In this document: piece after piece, positions 60,224 to 64,000 of the stretch
Layout: each line of letters opens with the position of its first letter
Position numbering within the stretch: the stretch's first letter is position 1
Assembly (NCBI GenBank): GCA_964451145.1
Contig: CAYVHK010000004.1
Coordinates: forward strand, 3,844-67,843
Source of the DNA: an uncultured bacterium
Lineage (GTDB): Bacteria > Poribacteria > WGA-4E > UBA9662
Reading direction: 5' to 3'
DNA length: 64,000 bases
Notes under the pieces: generated by a model
The model's input: only the letters and a program-made list of their open reading frames with translations
The model's database searches: none
What the model was told of the DNA's origin: nothing
Program-made: the position numbers and the translations under genes

Positions 60224-62604
60224 TGACAGCTTGGCGACTGAAAATATTTGGTGTCTTACTAATCATGATGGTAATAGGTGTCTTACATTTAAGTTTGGCT
60301 CGTTTTTCCACTATTGTTCGTCATGGAGCCTTGGATGCACTGTTATGTATTGGTCAGGTTACTCGTCTTAACACAACCGAAACAGTTGACCAGATAGTTA
60401 CTTTACGGATCACTTCGGGTCGTTTTCGTGGACAAACGGTTAATTTTGACAACCAAAAGATCGGCCGTGTCTTTAGTGATCGAGATTTTTTCATCGGAGA
60501 CCGTGTGTTTTTAGAAATCCCTCTCCGTACTAAAGATCAGCAGACAATAGATTCGGTTCGGTTATTAGAGCGTTTTCGTACTCCTTTCCTGCTTTATTTA
60601 ACTGGCTTATTCGCTTGTCTGATTGTTTTGGTTGGTGGTATGAAAGGTGTGCGTGCGTTGTTATCACTAGCAGCTTCCGCCTTGACCGTTTTTTATATCC
60701 TTCTACCCTTACTGGCAAAAGGATATGATCCAATTGCCATTTCGCTAGCTATTTCTGCTTTTCTGACATTGACAACTTTTGTTTTTATTACCGGATTTAG
60801 CCGAAAGATGATTTCGGGATTTTTTGGTACACTAGGAGGTTTAGTGGCAGTCGGAATTCTGTCGGTTTTGAGTCAGAAAGCCCTCTACCTAACAGGCTTA
60901 GCAGAAGAATTTGGGTATTTAGAATTAGGTATCGCTCTGTGGCGAACCCCAGCTGCTCATGGTTGGAACTTTCAGGGTATTTTAGTAGCTGGTATGATTT
61001 TGGGATCGGTCGGAGCTATGATGGATGTTGGTATGTCAATTTCGTCTGCCGTTTACGAAGTTAAATCAGTTAATCCCAATGTTACTGTTCGCCAAGCCAT
61101 TCAAGCTGGATTGAACATTGGTCGAGACGTTATGGGAACTATGGCTGATACACTTATCTTTGCCTATTTGGGGGCCGATATCATCACTCTTCTTTTACCT
61201 CAAATAGAATTCCCTGAAGTTGGCACAACATACCCTTTCTTACGTTTGTTGAATGATGAAGCTACCGCAGCCTCAATTGTCCAAGCTATTGTAGGAACAA
61301 TTGGTTTGGTATTGACTGTTCCCATTACAGCGGTATTGGCTGGATTTGCAACTCGTTGGGACAAAACAACCGATACTGTCGATGGAGCAGCGCTATCATT
61401 AACTGAGTTTTATCAACCGACTAAATCAACTAAAAACTGGTTAGTACCAATTTCCTTGTTGATGGTCATTGGTGTGACTTTTCTACTCCAAGATTATTTA
61501 AAACGTCAATCTGCGGTGATTTCAACTTCAACAGATAATAATGGGAAAATTTTTTCTCAATCTGAATATGCTAAAGGTCAAGTCCTGAGACGCTTAGAGC
61601 AAAACGGAAATTCTACTGCTCGTCAACATCACATTTTGGAAGTCCAAATCTTGTCTGGTATGTATGCAGGACAAAAAATTGTAATGAGAAATGTTGTCAA
61701 TCCTAATATGCCACTGCTAAGTATACCAGCTGAACCGGGCGACACCGTTCTTTGTCGGTTGGGTGGGTCACCAGACCAAATTGGGTTGATCAAACAGGTT
61801 CAGGCATTTGGTCGTGATAAGTTTATAGTTTTTTTATTGGGCTTGATGCTTATTTGTATTATTGTCGTTGGTCGAGAAGAAGGTGTTCGGACGGTATGCG
61901 CTTTGGTAGGTTCTGGTTTGGTCATCTACTTTTTCATGTTACCAATGATTGCTGAAGGTAAGCCGCCAGTATTAGTTATTACTCTAAGTAGTGGCCTGAT
62001 CGCTTTTTGTTCTTTAGTTTTTGTTATCGGGCCAAGTCGAAAAACTTTCTCAGCGGTTTTGGGGACTATGGGCGGTGTTATGGCTGCTGGCTTGATTGTT
62101 GTTTTTGCGCAACGATTTCTACATTTTACAGGTATGGAAGATGCCATCGCTGTTGATATCGTTGAAGCTTTGCGACAACCTCCATTTGATTTTCAGCAAC
62201 TCCTGCTAGCTGGTATGTTAATCGGTTTATTGGGTGTGGCTGTTGATGGTGCCATTGAAGTTGCCTCTTCAATGGAAGAAATTCGTCGAGCCAATCCTAA
62301 TATGTCCAGTTGGCAATTGGTATCTTCTGGTATGAACGTTGGTACTGATATTCTTGGTACGATGGTCAATACTTTGGTTTTTGCTTATCTTGGAGTTCGT
62401 TTACTTTTGCTGATGGCAGTAGCATCACCCGATTTACAACTATTTAAATCACCGGTAATTGAGTTGTTCAGTGTAGGGATGATGTCAGCTGAAATTTTGC
62501 GAATTTTGGCCGGCACATTTGGTTTAGTATTGACTATTCCCATTACAGCTTTTATTGCTGCTTTTGTGTTCGATTCTAAAAGTAAGTTTGCTAAAAATTT
62601 TTAG
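60223..62604 (+). CDS. duplicated YibE/F-family integral membrane protein
   Basis: Two homologous ~390-aa halves each with YibE/F-like TM pattern; ATG overlaps upstream TAA (TAATG). Confidence 0.6.
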   Translation: MTAWRLKIFGVLLIMMVIGVLHLSLARFSTIVRHGALDALLCIGQVTRLNTTETVDQIVTLRITSGRFRGQTVNFDNQKIGRVFSDRDFFIGDRVFLEIPLRTKDQQTIDSVRLLERFRTPFLLYLTGLFACLIVLVGGMKGVRALLSLAASALTVFYILLPLLAKGYDPIAISLAISAFLTLTTFVFITGFSRKMISGFFGTLGGLVAVGILSVLSQKALYLTGLAEEFGYLELGIALWRTPAAHGWNFQGILVAGMILGSVGAMMDVGMSISSAVYEVKSVNPNVTVRQAIQAGLNIGRDVMGTMADTLIFAYLGADIITLLLPQIEFPEVGTTYPFLRLLNDEATAASIVQAIVGTIGLVLTVPITAVLAGFATRWDKTTDTVDGAALSLTEFYQPTKSTKNWLVPISLLMVIGVTFLLQDYLKRQSAVISTSTDNNGKIFSQSEYAKGQVLRRLEQNGNSTARQHHILEVQILSGMYAGQKIVMRNVVNPNMPLLSIPAEPGDTVLCRLGGSPDQIGLIKQVQAFGRDKFIVFLLGLMLICIIVVGREEGVRTVCALVGSGLVIYFFMLPMIAEGKPPVLVITLSSGLIAFCSLVFVIGPSRKTFSAVLGTMGGVMAAGLIVVFAQRFLHFTGMEDAIAVDIVEALRQPPFDFQQLLLAGMLIGLLGVAVDGAIEVASSMEEIRRANPNMSSWQLVSSGMNVGTDILGTMVNTLVFAYLGVRLLLLMAVASPDLQLFKSPVIELFSVGMMSAEILRILAGTFGLVLTIPITAFIAAFVFDSKSKFAKNF

Positions 62605-62987
62605 CAAACCTACTTTTACGATGTCTTAAATAAGGATAGTTGGTTGCCGAATGAATAAATTCCTCAGACCTGATAATCAAACAAAAAAATAAATTCAAAA
62701 TTATTCATTAGAATTCCTTTCCTGGTCATTTCACCTATTTTTTCGCCAAAATACCCAATAGGACTGGCATTACCTCGACTTTTGAGAAGAGGCCTCTAAA
62801 TGAGGTTTCATGAACAAGTTATGAACAGTCTTTTAAAACCATGTTTTTTCTTTATAAACGAGGTCATAAGAGACGATCACTTGTAGTTGGTATAACAGTA
62901 TCACCTTCAACTAACTTACTGCAGTTCTTGCCCAATTCCATTATTGTTTCCCATATTCATAGTTAATATTGAATACTACAAGCCTAT

Positions 62988-63782
62988 CTAACCCGCACTG
63001 CTTTCCATTTGGATCCATTGTTTAGTACCAACTTCAATAATTTGATTATCAGCCCATTTTTCCATATAGTTATAACTAGGATGACCGGGTAGGTCATTAC
63101 ATAAATTGTGTCTGGTGTTGTAGCAACAAATCAATAACCATCGTGGTTGATTGCTATCGTTTGGGTCTGAACTATGTAAAAGGTTAGAGTGAAAAAAAAG
63201 AGCATCACCCCGCCCCATATTACAATAAACATGCTCAAGATTCTCTAGAATTAAGTCAACTCGTTTGGGGTCAGCGCCAGTTTGATCACCAAAACGACCA
63301 TGTTCAATTCTTCCGCATTTATGAGAACCTTTTATGACCTGCAGACAACCATTTGATTTATTGGCAGTATCGACAGCAATAACTACACTACCCATATCCG
63401 GATATAAACAATGATTGTGATACCAATAGCCATAATCTTGGTGCCACTCCCATCGACCACCAACTTTAGCTTCCTTTACCATCATCTTGTAATGATAAAG
63501 GTAAATTTCGTTACCCAATAGTTCCTCCATAGTTTCAGAGACACGATGACATCGGGCAAAAGCATTGTAAATATCCTTACGTGGTTCGCTTGTCAGCCAA
63601 GTTTTACTTTCACGTCCTTCTGTATCGTTAAATGAATCAATCTGATCTCGTTTTTCGATATCTGATTTGGAAATTTGAGCTAGTAGATCCATTTCTTCGG
63701 CCGAGAAAAGATCCCGGACCATTAAAAAACCGTCTGTCTCAAACTGTCTGATTTGCTGTTTAGAAACGCTAAATTTTTTCAT
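62988..63782 (-). CDS. PhyH-family Fe(II)/2OG dioxygenase
   Basis: 264 aa; WEWHQD (HxD) and distal His; PhyH N-terminal FETDGFLMV. Confidence 0.65.
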   Translation of the reverse strand: MKKFSVSKQQIRQFETDGFLMVRDLFSAEEMDLLAQISKSDIEKRDQIDSFNDTEGRESKTWLTSEPRKDIYNAFARCHRVSETMEELLGNEIYLYHYKMMVKEAKVGGRWEWHQDYGYWYHNHCLYPDMGSVVIAVDTANKSNGCLQVIKGSHKCGRIEHGRFGDQTGADPKRVDLILENLEHVYCNMGRGDALFFHSNLLHSSDPNDSNQPRWLLICCYNTRHNLCNDLPGHPSYNYMEKWADNQIIEVGTKQWIQMESSAG

Positions 63783-64000
63783 TATTCATTCCTTATTGCC
63801 TAAAAACAGTCAAAAATCTTGTCGAATCGTTTTGATTTTTTCTTCACTATATAAAGTATCTTGCCCATCAGACTTCCATTTCACCTAATCTAAACAGTTG
63901 TTGAAACCAATTTCGTTTAGATTTCACTAATAATTTCTGATGCTGATTCGTTGACATAATAATTTGTTGATTCGGATTATGTCGAACAAAAAATTCCTCA

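Overview
This 64-kb window is a gene-dense chromosomal segment from a low-GC bacterium (about 40% GC by eye). Three secreted proteins end in T9SS-type C-terminal sorting domains (NYPNPFNxETWIPY/F...IYN/IYD...G...Y), which suggests an FCB-superphylum-related lineage; this is inference only. I support about 52 coding genes.

Gene content:
- Housekeeping: a tmk-holB-uvrC cluster, trpF, argG, maf, mutS, glnS and an MTA phosphorylase.
- Transporters: a FtsX-like permease fragment, a NupC-like nucleoside transporter, an MFS transporter, an AI-2E family transporter, and a two-NBD ABC ATPase translationally coupled to a duplicated YibE/F membrane protein.
- Secreted enzymes: an S8 peptidase, an M6-like metalloprotease, an M23 peptidase, two FGE-sulfatase-domain proteins and a dockerin-repeat protein.
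- Oxidoreductases and related: four PhyH-family Fe/2OG dioxygenases (two fused to HEAT repeats), two Gfo/Idh/MocA oxidoreductases and two xylose-isomerase-like TIM barrels.
- A BatA-like vWA protein and a 1215-aa pseudokinase/coiled-coil/TPR protein.

Most notable finding: a signal-peptide-bearing, in-frame tandem double peroxiredoxin (39058-40113, minus strand). Both peroxidatic-Cys codons are TGA. Each TGA is followed at +13/+14 nt by an 8-bp hairpin with a bulged U and a 6-nt CGNGAU loop. The two hairpins show compensatory base changes. I read this as a probable double selenoprotein with SECIS elements.

Separately, several otherwise intact conserved genes carry single in-frame stop codons: uvrC (TAA), a Gfo/Idh/MocA oxidoreductase (TGA aligned to Gly of its paralog), the first peroxiredoxin domain (TAA), and a carboxypeptidase-regulatory-domain protein (TAG and TAA 9 nt apart). 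All three stop codons also terminate normal genes here, so there is no global code change.

Other observations:
- A decayed reverse-transcriptase remnant with a YADD motif sits in a 1-kb gap.
- An orphan, perfect, bidirectional terminator lies inside a 1.1-kb AT-rich non-coding region.
- I recognised no rRNA, tRNA, CRISPR array or classical defence or mobile island.
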